NCBI RefSeq assembly: GCF_004010195.1
Contig: NC_057718.1
Coordinates: forward strand, 13,973,001 to 14,037,000
Direction of reading: 5' to 3'
DNA: 64,000 nt
From: Chiloscyllium plagiosum
Lineage: Eukaryota
Every line of letters begins with the position of its first letter. Within the stretch, counting starts at the first letter, position 1. Made by a program: the position numbers and the translations under genes. Shown piece after piece: positions 1 through 12,989 of this stretch. The notes under the pieces were generated by a model. The model was not told where the DNA came from. It searched no databases and was given only the letters and a program-made list of their open reading frames with translations.

Positions 1-1057
1 GGCTGTCAACGTGAGAAAGAGACACAGATAAATGCTTGAAATGTTCAGTTCAAGTAGCAGGTTTTTGCTGGTCGGATTTCAGCCGTTTCTATTGGTCAAA
101 TAGGCTTCTTCACTACAAAATGGCAGACAAGTACATTCCTGGCTGTTCTGAAAATGGCAACCTCTGCTGATGCATTCCTTGTCGAGTTCCTTCTAAAAAT
201 AAAATGAGCACAGCTATAAACTTCTCTGTTTTCAAATATGTGTAAAACATATTTGTGAGACGCTGTGACCATAAATCTCCTAACTGTGGTGACCACTTTA
301 TCTAAAAGAGTCACTGGACTCGAAATGTTGATCCTGGACCCCCTGACTTTCTCCATCAATTGAGATTTCCAGCTTCTGTAGTTCTTTGTTCTATATTATT
401 GTGGTACCCACCTGTTTGGTTTTTTTTCTGTGCAGGTGTAAGACACTGAATGAACAGTGAGTGCATAAATCTTTATTCATGTTCCATCAGCAGGAAGAAA
501 GGAAACACCCCAGTGACAAGCAGTGACCTTCTGAGACTGCTGTTTATTTTTTTAAAACCTGCACACTACCGCCTAACTGCGTTAGTGCTTATTTTTTCCC
601 TAGCACCCATGTTGTGTGTGCAGGTGTGAGACACAGGGAAAGACACAAGGTGCCTCTTTGGTTTTTAACTTGGAATCCAAGTGTTATGATTGGCTGAAAT
701 AAATTAAACCTGAACAGTAAAACTTTTAAAAATACTTCAGGTGCTGGACTCCTGAAATTAGAACAGAAAATATGAGAGAAACTCAGTAGGCCTGGCAGCA
801 TTTGTGGAGAGAGAAACAGTAAACATTTTGAGTCCAATGACTCTTGATTGAAAAAATAATTGAAGACTATCAGTGACAATCATCTTCAGTATTTGTGCTA
901 ACTAAGACCATTTCCAAAAATAAGAGTAATTGGACTCAGTGTTAACTCTGTTTCTTTATCTACAAATGCTGCCACACCCATAGTTTTTTTTCAAGTGGTT
1001 GAACTCTACAGGTGAGCTGTGGTGGTTTGAGGTGCTGATAGTTTCTGTATTTTTCAT

Positions 1058-1381
1058 TCTGGATCAGTGGTGCTGGAAGAGCACAGCAATTCAGGCAGCA
1101 TCCGAGGACAGGCAAAATTGACGTTTCGGGCAAAAGCCCTTCATCAGGAATAAAGGCAGAGAGCCTGAAGCGTGGAGAGATAAGCTGGGGGTGGGGATAG
1201 AGTAGCATAGAGTCGAGTTTGTTTCAGGACATGGTTGAAGAGCTTCAGGGCTGAGGAAATGACCTGGGAGTTACAGTGGGAGAGAGACTCCCTGAGATTC
1301 TTGTAGAGAGAGGAGGAAAACTTCTTCAAGGCAGGCATCCTTGCAAGAGGATTCGCAGTAGGGTTAAAATCAACGAGGTAA
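1058..1381 (-). mobile_element. Penelope-like element fragment with hammerhead motif
   Basis: Minus-strand CTGATGAAGGGCTTTTGCCCGAAACGTC at 1120-1147; 14-bp flanking duplication tctgtattWttcat. Confidence 0.65.
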
Positions 1382-1689
1382 TCTGTATTATTCATGTTCA
1401 GTTTTGAACTCTGAGCATGAATATATTCACTTACCTCAACCATGGCATCCAGTAATTGCTCTTGGCAACATTGATTATGAAGGGGAGAGTCAACCAAAAT
1501 TAAAGCTGCAGGTCTGTGAGTGACCAGGATAGGACAAGAACCAGCATATTTCTGAATCACACCTCTCCTATATGCTACACACAATCAAATACCCAGTCCA
1601 TGCATTGACAATTAAGAAATTGGCTGTGGAATTGTGTTCTTCAGAGTACAAAAGTGAGGGGACAAAGCATTGATATGTTCAATGTTCAT

Positions 1690-3460
1690 TGCACTAAATA
1701 CCTAGCAGATAAATTGAACAGATATTTTGTATGAATCTTCAATATAGAAGAAAAAAGTCACATTCCTAAGATACATATCATTCAGGAAATGGAAGGGAGG
1801 AATCCAAGAAAATTACAATGAGCAGGAAAGTGGTGCTGATCCAGTTGTTAGAGCTGTGGACTGATGGTTTCAGGCCCTGATGGACTTGTCCCTAGGGTTA
1901 TAAAAGAAATAACAAGTGAGATAGTTGTTGGAGGTTTTCATTTTCCTAAGCTGCCTTGATTTGGGTGAGGCTCTATTAGACTGGAAAATAGTGAAATGAC
2001 TTCTTTGTTCAAAAAGAGAAGATGATAAATCAGGAAACTGTACACCACATTGTCTAACACATTCTTTATGGCAAGTGTTAAGCAATCTTGTTAAATTGGT
2101 ATAGAAAAGTTCAAGGTAATCAGTCAGAGTCAATGTGGTTTCGTGAAAGCAAAGTGATTTTTAACCAATATTTTCGGAGTTTTTTTTGAGAAAGTATCAT
2201 GTGCTGCAGATGAAGCAGAATTGGTTAATACGTTTTACCTAGATTTCCAGAAGGCATTTGATAAGGTGTTGCAGCAAAGATTATTGCAGAAAATAAAGGC
2301 TCAAAGTGTCCGATGTAATATATTGGCATATATAGAAGATTGGAAGAAAGTGAGGACTGCAGATGCTGGAGAGTCAAATTCGAAAAGTGTGGCGGTGGAA
2401 CAGGAAACCGAGAATAGGGTCTTTGTTGGCAAGATGAATTAAGTGCCACTGATATTGCTGCTGGGGCATTGATTTGTTACAATTTGCACAAATAACTTTT
2501 GTCCCTTCATTCAAGTTATGGTTACTCCATTTGTTGATAATAAAGATAAAAAAGGTTGTGAAGAGAACATGAAGCCATAAAGGATTATAGATGGGTTAAA
2601 TGAAGGGGTGAAGATATGGCAAATGAAGTTGAATATGCGGAAATGTAAATTTGTCTATTTTGGTAGGAAGAATAAAAAGCATATTACATGAATGGTGACT
2701 TTGCAGAATTTCAAAATGCAGAGGGCTTTGGATGTCCTAGTGCATAAATTGCAAAAAGTTAGTATATGGGTTCAGTAAATAATTAGGAAAGCTAATGGAA
2801 TGTTATAATTTATTGTGAGGGGATTGAATAGGTATGCTTTGTTTCTGTTAAACAAATGAAACTCCTTCTGTACTGTAAACAATATTCGTCTCCTTACTTA
2901 AGGAAGGTTGGAATGCATTAGAAGCAGTTCAGAGAACTCAATTAACATATGGATTGGATGATGTATTGATTTGTAATGAAAGGCTAGGCTTATATCCACT
3001 GGAGTTTAGAAGAATAAGGAGGTTGACTTGATTGAAGCATATAAGACCCATGTGAAAATAGTGATTTCTCTTGGGGGAAGAATCTAGAATTAGTGGTCAC
3101 CCCTTTAAATTAAGAGCGTCAACACCTCATTTGTCCAGTCCAGTCCAACATCAGCATTTTCACATCATAAACTTGTTGGAACGTAATCTGGTGTTAGGTG
3201 ATTTTTTTTTTAAAAACTTAATCAAAATAACGTGTCACCCATTTAATAGAGAAGAGAATTTTTTCTCACAAAGTTAAATCTTTGGAACACTCTTCATGAA
3301 AAGCTGATGGAAGCAGAGTTTTTGAATATTTTTAGACTACAGTAGATTATTGATAAGCAAGGAGATGCAAACTTATCAGGAATATAGAGTAATCAGATCA
3401 GCTATAATCTTATTGATGGAGGAGCGGGCTTGAGAGGCTGAACGGCTTATTCCTGCTCTC
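1690..3460 (+). mobile_element. Decayed CR1-type LINE
   Basis: RT remnant YLDFQKAFDKV at 2221-2340 and CR1-like downstream sequence; many stops. Confidence 0.75.
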
Positions 3461-3830
3461 GTTTCAGTTTTGTGCGGTATTCCAGCTTCAGTGAAGCATT
3501 AAATCGAGATCACTGTTTTGTGTTGTGATGTTTCAGCTAGACTATATTCTATGGGGTTACTTGAAAGAAGGACGAAGAATTCTCCTCATTTTGTCACCAA
3601 CATCTCTTAATTGATTAGCTGAAGATAGGTTGACTGATTATTTTCTCGTGGCTATTTTTTGACACAGATGGGGTGTTTCCACTGCACATCTGAGTAATTC
3701 GTGGTGCAAGATTTATGCTCTGATTGGGCTGTTGGTTTTTCAATTGTTTGCAGTAGGTTTCTATTCGGTATAGCAATTGAAATTAATCATTATTATATTT
3801 GGTAATAAAACTTTATTTTTGTTTTTTTAG

Positions 3831-3945
3831 CCATTCAAGCTTCTAGGAATATTGGATGTGCAGAACACTCCATGTGCTCGAGAATCTGTTCTGTATGGAT
3901 CCGCTGGTGCTATAGTAGCTGGACTTGGTCACTTCCTAGCAACAA
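3831..3945 (+). CDS. COX20: COX20 (cytochrome c oxidase assembly factor) coding exon 2
   Basis: tttttag acceptor and gtgag donor; 115 nt translating PFKLLGILDVQNTPCARESVLYGSAGAIVAGLGHFLAT, recognisable as COX20. Confidence 0.93.
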
Positions 3946-4124
3946 GTGAGCATCCAATTTGATATTGAAGTGAATCTTTTCAGATATGTATTCTGTTGCA
4001 TTTATCATAAGTGACAGGTTTACTGATGACTGTGGATGCTTGAAGCATGAATATTGAGATTCATATGGTGAAAATGAGGAGCAATGCTGCTGAGAAAGTG
4101 GGAAGCCTCCATTTATAGGAAGCA

Positions 4125-6120
4125 CTTACTGATAGTACTGGACAGGTTTGTCCCACTGAGGCAAGGAAGGGATGGCAGGTTGAAAGAATCTTGGGTGACA
4201 AGGGATGTGGTCAAGAGGAAGAAGGAACTTACTTAAGGTTGAGGAGGCAAGTATCATTCAGGATTTTAAATGCTTACAAGGTAGCCAGGAAGGAACTGAA
4301 GAATGGACTTAGGAGAGCTAGAAGGGGGCAAGAAAAAGCTTTAGCGGGTAGGATTAATGAAAACCCTAAGGCATTCTACAGTTATGTGAGGAACAAGAGG
4401 ATGGCTAGAGTGAGGGTAGGGCCAATCCGGGATAGTGGAGGGAACATACACCTGGAGTTGGAGGAAGTAGGGGAGGTCCTTAATGAATACTTTGCTCCAA
4501 TATTCACTACGGAGAGGGACCTTGACGTTTCTGAGGTCAGCGAGAAACAGACTGATATGCTAGAACAGGTTGATGTTAGGAAGGAGGATGTGCTGAAAAG
4601 TTTGAAAAACATAAGGATAGATAAGTCCCCTGGGCCAGATGGGAAATACCCAAGATTACAAGAAGTGAGGGAAGAGATTGCTGCGCCTTTGGCGATGATC
4701 TTTGTGTCCTCAATGTCCACTGGAGTATTGCCAGATGATTGAAGGATGGCAAAGGATGGCAAATGTTATTCCTTTCTTCAAGAAAGGGAATAAGTATAAT
4801 TGGGAATTACAGACTAGTCGGTCTTATGTCTGTGGTGGGCAAATTATTGGAGAGGATTATGAGAGACAGGATTTGTGATTACTTGGAAAGCCATAGGTTG
4901 ATTAGAAATAGTCAGCATGGCTTTGTGAGGGGCAGGTCATGCCTCACAAACCTTATTAAACTCTTTGAGGATGTGACAAAACATGTTGATGAAGGCAGAG
5001 CAGTGGACATGGTGTACGTGGATTTTAGCAAGATGTTTGATAAGGTTCCCCATAGTAAGTTCATTCAGAAAGTAAGGAGGCATGGGATACAGGGAAACCT
5101 GTCTGTCTGGGTACAGAATTGGCTAGCCCATAGAAGACAGAGAGTGGTGATAGATGGAAAGTATTCAGCCTGGAACTCGGTGACCAGTGGTGTTTCACAG
5201 GGATCAGTTCTGGGACCTCTGCTCTTTGTGATTTATAAAAATGACTTGTAAGAGGAAGTGGAAGGGTGGGTTAGTAAGTTTGTCAATGCCATGAAGATTG
5301 GTGGAGTTTGGATAATGTGGAGGTCTGTTGTAGGTCGCAATGAGTCATTGACAGGATGCAGAACTGGGTTGTTAAGTGGCAGATGGAGTTCACCCTGGAA
5401 AAGTGTGAAGTCATTCACTTTGGAAGGTCGAATTTGAATGCAGAATACAAGGTTAAAAGGCAGGATTCTTGGCAGTGTGGAGGAACAGAGGGATCTTGGT
5501 GTCCATGTCTATAGATCCCTCAAAGTTGCCACCCAAGTTGATAGGGATTGAGTTTAAGAGCCGTAAGGTTATGCTGCAGCTCTATAGAGCCCTTGTTAGA
5601 CCATTCTTGGAATGTTGTGTTCAGTTCTGGTTGCCTTGTTATAGGAAAGGTGTGGAAGCTTTAGAGAGGGTGCAGAGAAGTCTTACCAGGATCCTGCCTG
5701 GACTGGAGGGCATGTCTTATGAAGAAAGGTTGAAGGAGCTAGGGCTTTTCTTATTGGAGTGGAGAAGGATGAGAGGTGACTTGATAGAGATGTACAAGAT
5801 GTTGAGAGGCATAGATAGAGTGGATAGCTAGAGACTTTTTCCCATGGTGGAAATGTCTATAGTGAGGGGGCATAATTTTAAGGTAATTGGAAGAAGGTTT
5901 AAGGGAGATGTCAGAGGTAGGTTCATTACTCGAGTGGTGGGTGCATGGAATGCACTACCGGCAGTGGTGGTAGAATCAGATACATTAGGGATATTTAAGC
6001 AACTCTTGGATAGGCACATGGAAGTTAGTACAATGAAGGGTATGTAGGTTAGTCTGGTCTTAGAGTAGGATAAAAGGCCGGCACACTGAGGACCGAAGGG
6101 CCTGTACTGTTCTGTGTTCT
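4125..6120 (+). mobile_element. 5'-truncated CR1-type LINE in COX20 intron 2
   Basis: Frameshifted ORF2 pieces: KSPGPDG, QHGFVRGRSCLTNL, DFSKMFDKVPH, SGVSQGSVLGPLLF, LYRALVRPFLECCVQFW, RGHNFK. Confidence 0.92.
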
Positions 6121-6709
6121 CAACAGAAGCACAAGTGCACCATATGATTTGTTGAATGTGCTCTTCCATTAAAAAAGATGGGCTTTTAGGTCTGATCGGG
6201 TTGATCTTGTGGAAGGCCAGCACGGGCACAATAGGTGGAACTCCATCTTCTGTGCTGCAACCATTTTATGATTCAATATGGTTATGGCTGACCTTGAGCT
6301 TCAACTCCACTTTCCTACGTGTTTCCTTTATCCATTGATCTCCTGAGTCCAGAAATCTGTCACAGCTATTAATGTATTCAGTGACGGAGCATCCACACCC
6401 CTCTGGGGCACATAATCTATTCTTCCCTAATCATAATGGTTATATCACAGAAGGAGGACACTCAGTCCATGTGACATTACTGGCTCTCTGCAAGAGCACA
6501 AGGACAGGAATCGATCAGTTGGTCCAATGGCCTTTTTCTCTGGCACATTTACACCATGTCCTTACGAAAGCAGCCTTCCAGAAAGCCATTGTCACTCTGC
6601 AGCACACCCGCCCCCCCCCCCCCCCACCAAAAAAAAACGTTTAATTTGCAATATTAATGAAGACTTTGAATTTTGTTTCAAAGTTTACAATAATTTTCTC
6701 TTCCTGCAG

Positions 6710-6773
6710 GCAGAGTAAAGCGGTCTTTTGACTTTGGTGTGGGGGGCTTTCTACTTACAACTTTGGGAACTTG
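6710..6773 (+). CDS. COX20: COX20 coding exon 3
   Basis: ttcctgcag acceptor and gtaag donor; 64 nt in phase with exon 2; (S)RVKRSFDFGVGGFLLTTLGT(W). Confidence 0.93.
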
Positions 6774-7217
6774 GTAAGTGGGTTGTCAGATGATCTTGAG
6801 AATATATTTGTGTTCCGTCTTTGCAAAGTTTAAACTTGAGTTCAGGGACATGGTATGTTACTGCACTAGTAATGTGGATGCCTGATCTAGTGAGCTGGAG
6901 TTCAGATCCCACCATGGAAGTTTGGAAGTTAAAATTCGATAGATTTAAAATTTGAAATCAAGAGCTGGTGTCTGTAATGGTGACAATTAAATTGCTGTTT
7001 TGTATAAAAACCCAACTGGTTCATTAATAGCCTTTTAGATAAGGAAATCTGACTTCAAACCACAAAGATATCAAGCTTGGTATAGATGTTGCAATTACTG
7101 CAGTACAATTGAGCTTCAAGCCTGCAGTGGCAATATTTCCTTAAACCTGAAATTGCATGTTTGCTACAAGTGATTTGAGCCAGCAAAACATTTCAGTTAC
7201 ATATGTATCTTTCTCAG

Positions 7218-7371
7218 GATGCTCTGCAGGTACCAGAATGCAAAACTACGAATCCAGCAGCGAATGGTGCAGGAAGGTATGAAAAACAAGTTGACATTCG
7301 AAGGAACTGAAATGGATCCTACCCGAAAATCAGATAAAAGCAACAAAAACAGCCATGGAAGTAACTCATAG
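7218..7371 (+). CDS. COX20: COX20 last coding exon
   Basis: tttctcag acceptor; (W)MLCRYQNAKLRIQQRMVQEGMKNKLTFEGTEMDPTRKSDKSNKNSHGSNS, stop TAG at 7369-7371. Confidence 0.92.
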
Positions 7372-7865
7372 ACTATTGGCCCTGACAGCAATGTGGTTTG
7401 GAGCCAGAAAGTTTTAATTACTAGCGAGTTCAAAGAATCAACTTTCCTACCTTGGCTGTACTTCCAATCCTGCTTGTTTAAGGAAACTGAGAGTTTTTCC
7501 AGAATTGGAATATCTAACATATAAGTAATTTGGCCCTATATAAGGGGAAACGACCAAGATAACATTCGGCTCTGTTTTGATGTTAAGTATTTATTATTAC
7601 CATGACAAGGTAATGAACAATTTCTAGATGTCATAGTCTAATTTTGAATGTTTTATGTAAACTGACAATTTGGATGTACAATCTCTTTCTTTTTGCAAAT
7701 TTGTTGAAAGCTAAAACAGGTTGACATGTTTAAAACCATCTTCGAGACTTGCACAGAATTGGGTCATCATTTCATTTTGGCTTCTTGGTTGGAATTATGG
7801 CAATGAGTGTAAGCTGGTGAATTTGTTTGGAAAATGCAAACCAGAGGAGGCTTTTAGCTCCTTAA

Positions 7866-8804
7866 CCCCTTCCCCGGCGACTTATTTTGGAGAAAACGTT
7901 TCATTTTTAGACAAATTTTTTTATTGCTGTTTTTTTTATAGTATTTTTAATGCTGATTATGGAAATAACTTGTTTTTATCTATTTCCAATATTTTACTTG
8001 AAATTTTATTTTGAAGATACCATTTTCGGCAAAATAAATTGGTCTTTCAAGCAGTTCATCTTTCGACCAGTTCATTTCTTGATCTGGCATTTTCACAATA
8101 CCCCCAAGCATTTTCAAGGCGAAAGACACACAAATTTCTGCCTTTGTTACAGGGTGCCACATACAATCTCTTTCTCCAGTTTGTTCAGCAAAGCGATTAG
8201 TTTCGTCCACAACTCGATCAATAATTCTGTTGTCACATAAAAGACTAAAAATATCAAAAGGAGTCATATCAGCTGTGTCTTGATCAATTGATATTCCAGG
8301 ATTTCCAGTGAATGGGAAGCGTGGTGGTGGAGGAAGCATGCATTCTTCTGACACCACATGTCGACACCAAATTCATCCCTCCTCCTCCTCCTCCTCCTCC
8401 TCCTCCTCCTCACTTGAGATAGAATAGCCATTATCAGACGAGCTTGCACTCTCATCTGATGTATCCAAGCTTCTAATAGAAGGTTCATACTCATTGTCAT
8501 CTTCTGAGCTCGACATCTGGGCGTAAAAAAAAACACAGAAAAAACCGAATGACAGTGTGTGCCCAAAAGTGGTGCGTCGACGCTTCTTGCAATGCCTGAG
8601 GCGGAAGAGACACAGCTACCAGACGTATGAGTCACCGAGTATACTCATTTCTAGCTGAGAAGGGCCCAGAAATGCCGAGAATTGACGTATAAACTCGTCT
8701 GTGGCTGTTTTTGAAATTATATGTTTTGGATGAGTTTACTCGTCGCACTCTGAAAAAGACAAATTGAGTGAAGTCAAGTTAACTCGTCTTTGCTGGGTAA
8801 GGGG
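7866..8804 (-). mobile_element. Non-autonomous piggyBac deletion derivative
   Basis: TTAA at 7862-7865 and 8805-8808; imperfect TIRs CCCCTTCCCCGGC / CCCCTTACCCAGC; minus-strand frame 8516-7980 (one internal stop) encodes an acidic N-terminus and ...VVDETNRFAEQ...WHPVTKAEI...NWSKD, typical of piggyBac transposase N-termini. Confidence 0.88.
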
Positions 8805-11800
8805 TTAAGTCTGTTTCACCACTTATTGAGATCATTGTCTGATCCACCTGCCTGAACTCTCTATTCTTTTATAACTTTGTCTGATAAATAGCTGTTGACC
8901 CCACATTTTAAAATAATGATTGAAGAAGCATCCACTGCTTTTTATAGAGGAGCATTCCACTCTTCTACCAGCCTTTGTGTGAAACGTTTCCTATATTCTC
9001 TCCTGAATTGCCGAGATCTGATTTAAGCTCAATGTCACCTTCCCCTAGACAGAGAAACGGTTCACTTTATCTATGTTTCTTCACATTTCTGCCTGAAGGT
9101 AGTTCCAACCCACAATGTTGGGATCTCTGCTACAGAAGGAAGGCATGTCATGAAACCTCCACAGACAGAATATGAATTGAAACCGATGCTTTTGCCACTG
9201 AGCTGATCGACAGTGTCCTAGAGCTAACTAAGCTAAAAGACATGATGACCTCTTTGGACATTCAGTTGCATTACCATTGCAGGATGTCCCACTATCAACA
9301 TCTCTATAGTTACAATTAACCAGAAGCTTAACTGGACCGGCCTAATAAATACTGCGATACAAGAGGCAATCAGAGGCTAAAATTCTGCAGTGAATAACTT
9401 GCCTCCTTTCTCCACCCTCCTTGATGAGCACGCTCAAAGCTCGATACTATCCAGGACAAAAACAACCCATCCAGCAACTTCAACATTCACTACTTTCACC
9501 AAGGTGCACAGTCACAGCACTGTACCATTTACAAGATGCACCGCAGTAACTCACCCAGGTTTCTTTGATGATGCCTTCTAAACCCACTTGTATCCACTTG
9601 TAAATTCCTGTACAAACCACACATTTTAACTTTGAACTATACTGCCATCCCTTCTGTGTTGTCAGGGTCAAAATCCTAGAACTGCCTTCGAAAGAGCACT
9701 CTGGGTGTACCAAATCCCCACAGATTTCATTAGGTCAAAAAGACAACTCACCACCACCTTCTCAAAGGCCATTAGACTGAGCAATAAATGCTAGCATAGC
9801 TAGCAAGACACATTTCCGATGAATAATTGTTTTCAAAAATCAGATCATCTTTCGAGTTTCTATACTCCAGGTTATATAGTCTTAGTTTATCAAATGGCAG
9901 CAATCAGACTTGGTGCATGTGGCAACTATAAGGACTTTATAAAGATTTGGAAACTTGTTTCTGAAAGCTTCTAACAGTTTTGAGGGACTCATCAGTGTTT
10001 CTGTTCAAATTTTCATTGTTGTCCCAGTCAACTGGTGCCATTTTGAATCATTGATCTTGTTTAGACTGTTATCTTTATTCATTTCCATTGTTCTTGGGGT
10101 CAATGAAAATGGGGGATAGGTGAGAGGAATCCTTGAAGTGTGTTTGGAATTCCCTCTCCACAGTCTGTGCAGATAAATAATTACAAGGGAGGATCCTTCA
10201 GTGCCAACCAAGCTCTGCAAACCTTGAAGGGAGTGGACCAACTCTCTTGATGTTACAATCTCCTAAAATAAGTGCGGGCTTGCTTTGAAATCTCACATTC
10301 CGATCCTTAGAGGTAATTGAAAAAAAGTGCTAGCAAAACTTTGCAGGTCCGACAGCATCTGTGGGGAGGATAGAAGTAAAGTTTTGATTCAAATATAACT
10401 TATTTGGACTGAGTTTGAGTTTCAAAGGAGAATTGTATAGGAGTCAACATTAACTTCCCATTGATTCCAATCAAATGCCAAAAATGAATTGCGTTGGACT
10501 CCAGTGTTAACTCAGCTTTTCTCTCACCACAAATGCTGATGCACCTACTGGCGCTTTCTGTTTTTATTTCAAATGTCCATCATATCGAGTATATTTCTTT
10601 TATCTTAGGGTAGTTTACCCAATCTTCCAGGATTGCACCATTGAGCTGAATAATAGCTCTGCTAAAGGGCCAATAAGGAAGAATGAATTGGTATCTTTCC
10701 CTGAGCAATCCAAAAACCATTAAAGGTATTCAGGAATTTCAAGACTTCCTCGTTGTTTAAAACTCATGCCCTTTACTTTGTAGCCTGACATCTCTGTCTA
10801 CAGAACGTCATTATGTTGGACAGAAACTTGACCTAATTGATAGTGTTGCAGATATGCCTTAAATAAAAAGTGAACTTGTAAATATGTGACGCTTTTCAGG
10901 ATGTTTCAAAGTGCTTGACAGTTGAAGAAGTATTTTTCAAGTGTTGTGGGGACACTGTATCTGTACCTACTCAATGTCCACAATTTTGCATTTGAGTTTT
11001 CCATGAAACATATTGATGAATAATGCTGTAACAGGACTGGTTTTTGTGCTTTTCTTTCCTGATTGAATCATCAGCCTGTTCTCACATCCCTTAATGGCAG
11101 AAATTGCATCTATGGTTACGTGCACCTTCACACCAGCTCCTATAGCATAGTTACAAATTGAGCAAAGTCTCCAAAAGCTCATTTCCTCCTAATGCTTTTA
11201 TAAAGACATTGTAATTTGAATTGGTGTTCAATTATTCCTTTGTCATTGTACAAATGGACGGCTAAGCAATGTCACCTGATCCCTTGCAGTGACATAGCAA
11301 TAAATTAGATGCGCCACTAGTGTTTAAAACTGTTTTCATTGAACTCATGAATTAAGTAACTCATACAATTGAGTACAATTTCAATTACATTATGTATGCA
11401 TAAATACAGTGTTGCTATGGGATCCCTTCTAGGTGTAGCTCTCATTAACAACTTCCAAGAGAAATGTATCTTCAATGGAGTGATCACTAACTGTCTACCC
11501 ATGCAAAATTCTGATATATAGATGAAATGTTTGCAATATTTGAATCTGCAAGTGCATCACAGAATTTCCTTACTCACCTATTCTCACATTCACCTTTAAA
11601 CTGGACCAGGAGAAAATGAGGACCGCAGATGCTGGAGATCAGAGCTGAAAAATGTGTTGCTGGAAAAGCGCAGCAGGTCAGGCAGCATCCAAGGAGCAGG
11701 AGAATCGATGTTTCAGGCATAAGCAACACATTTTTAAAATAGAGCAGTCAAACCAGGTCCTTTGATGCCCTAGCTGAGAAATTGGCTAAGGGGTTTCAAC

Positions 11801-12179
11801 TATTTTCTGCCGCAAGCTTACATGCACTGGTCAACATTCACTTTGGGGTTCCTACTGCTCCATATATTACACGATGAGCCATTTTGGCAACCTCATGAAG
11901 AGGGCCTTAGCCAGCAGCTTGTGATATAGGTTTATTGCTGAGATTGGGCATATTAAACTATGTACTGTATGACAATAAAGAAGAAGGGCTTATGCCCGAA
12001 ACGTCGATTCTCCTGTTCCCTGGATGTTGCCTGATCTGCTGCGCTTTTCCAGCAACACATTTTCAGCACTGTATGACAATAGCCCTATCAAATCATCCAT
12101 TCGCTGATAGCTTGTAAGTTCATGAAAGGACTAAAGTTACCTTTTTTTTAAGTCCTGAAAAGTGCCCAGGAAGGTGAAG

Positions 12180-12760
12180 TTGCCTCAAATATTTGAGCAA
12201 CAGGTGGAAGTTAGTGCATCATTCTGATACTTTGCGGTAAAATACATTTGGGAGGATGCTGCCATCGTCGCAAAAAAAAATTCTGTCCAACACAAAACTG
12301 ACTATGGTATCTGAATTTTAGGGCCAGTGTGACGCCAGTATGACTGACAGACCGTATCAAAGAACACATACATCCCTTGTCTGTCTACAGCTGTAGCATG
12401 CTAACCACACTCGGCTAGCCTGTGTCTGCAAAACTGAGAACATAATATACAACATAAAATGTGATTCTGCTTCTGAATAACATTTGCTCAAACCTTTCTA
12501 AATCCATTACCAAGAATTAACGGTGGCAAATGAGTTAAGGTTGTCAATTGGGCTTGGAGTGTGATTCATTTGCACGTGCTAGAAGCTGCACTTGATTCAC
12601 AAAGCTCTATTTGCGGACAAAAGGAATCTATCAATACATTTTGCCTTTTTCTTGAGTAAAGGGTTGTGAACTCAACCAATCCCTGCTGTATATCGATGAT
12701 AGTGACCTATCAGTTAAGAGTCAACCTGCCTGGTTTAAATTTGATCAGTTGACTAATACA
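12180..12760 (+). mobile_element. Penelope-like element remnant (GIY-YIG region)
   Basis: Broken translation EF*GQCDAS...IKEH...CDSA...HVLEAA...CGQKE; homologous to 61980-62400 on the minus strand. Confidence 0.55.
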
Positions 12761-12989
12761 GCAACGCACAATACCTTTAGGGACTGGTGGACACATTGAA
12801 GGCTGCATTCCATTATTACCTCCTATTGCCTCATCCTCTCTTCCTACCATCTCCTATTTTGTTGCCCCTGGTGAGTTATGCTTGTTAATTATTCTTTTAA
12901 TTGGTGAAATGGGTTGTTTGTTGGAGGTTTATTTTAAGAAGACTATCAATAGCCCTCAATGCCTTCAGAGAGAGGTGGACAGCATGGCG

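Noticed and set aside
1..3830. COX20 exon 1
   Set aside because: No CpG-rich ATG exon with a suitable phase-0 donor was identified; it probably lies upstream of the window.
4191..6047. Functional reverse transcriptase gene
   Set aside because: Frameshifted, 5'-truncated CR1 copy with stops and a damaged catalytic motif.
7980..8516. Domesticated PGBD gene
   Set aside because: Internal stop, no DDD catalytic region, still bounded by TIRs and TTAA.
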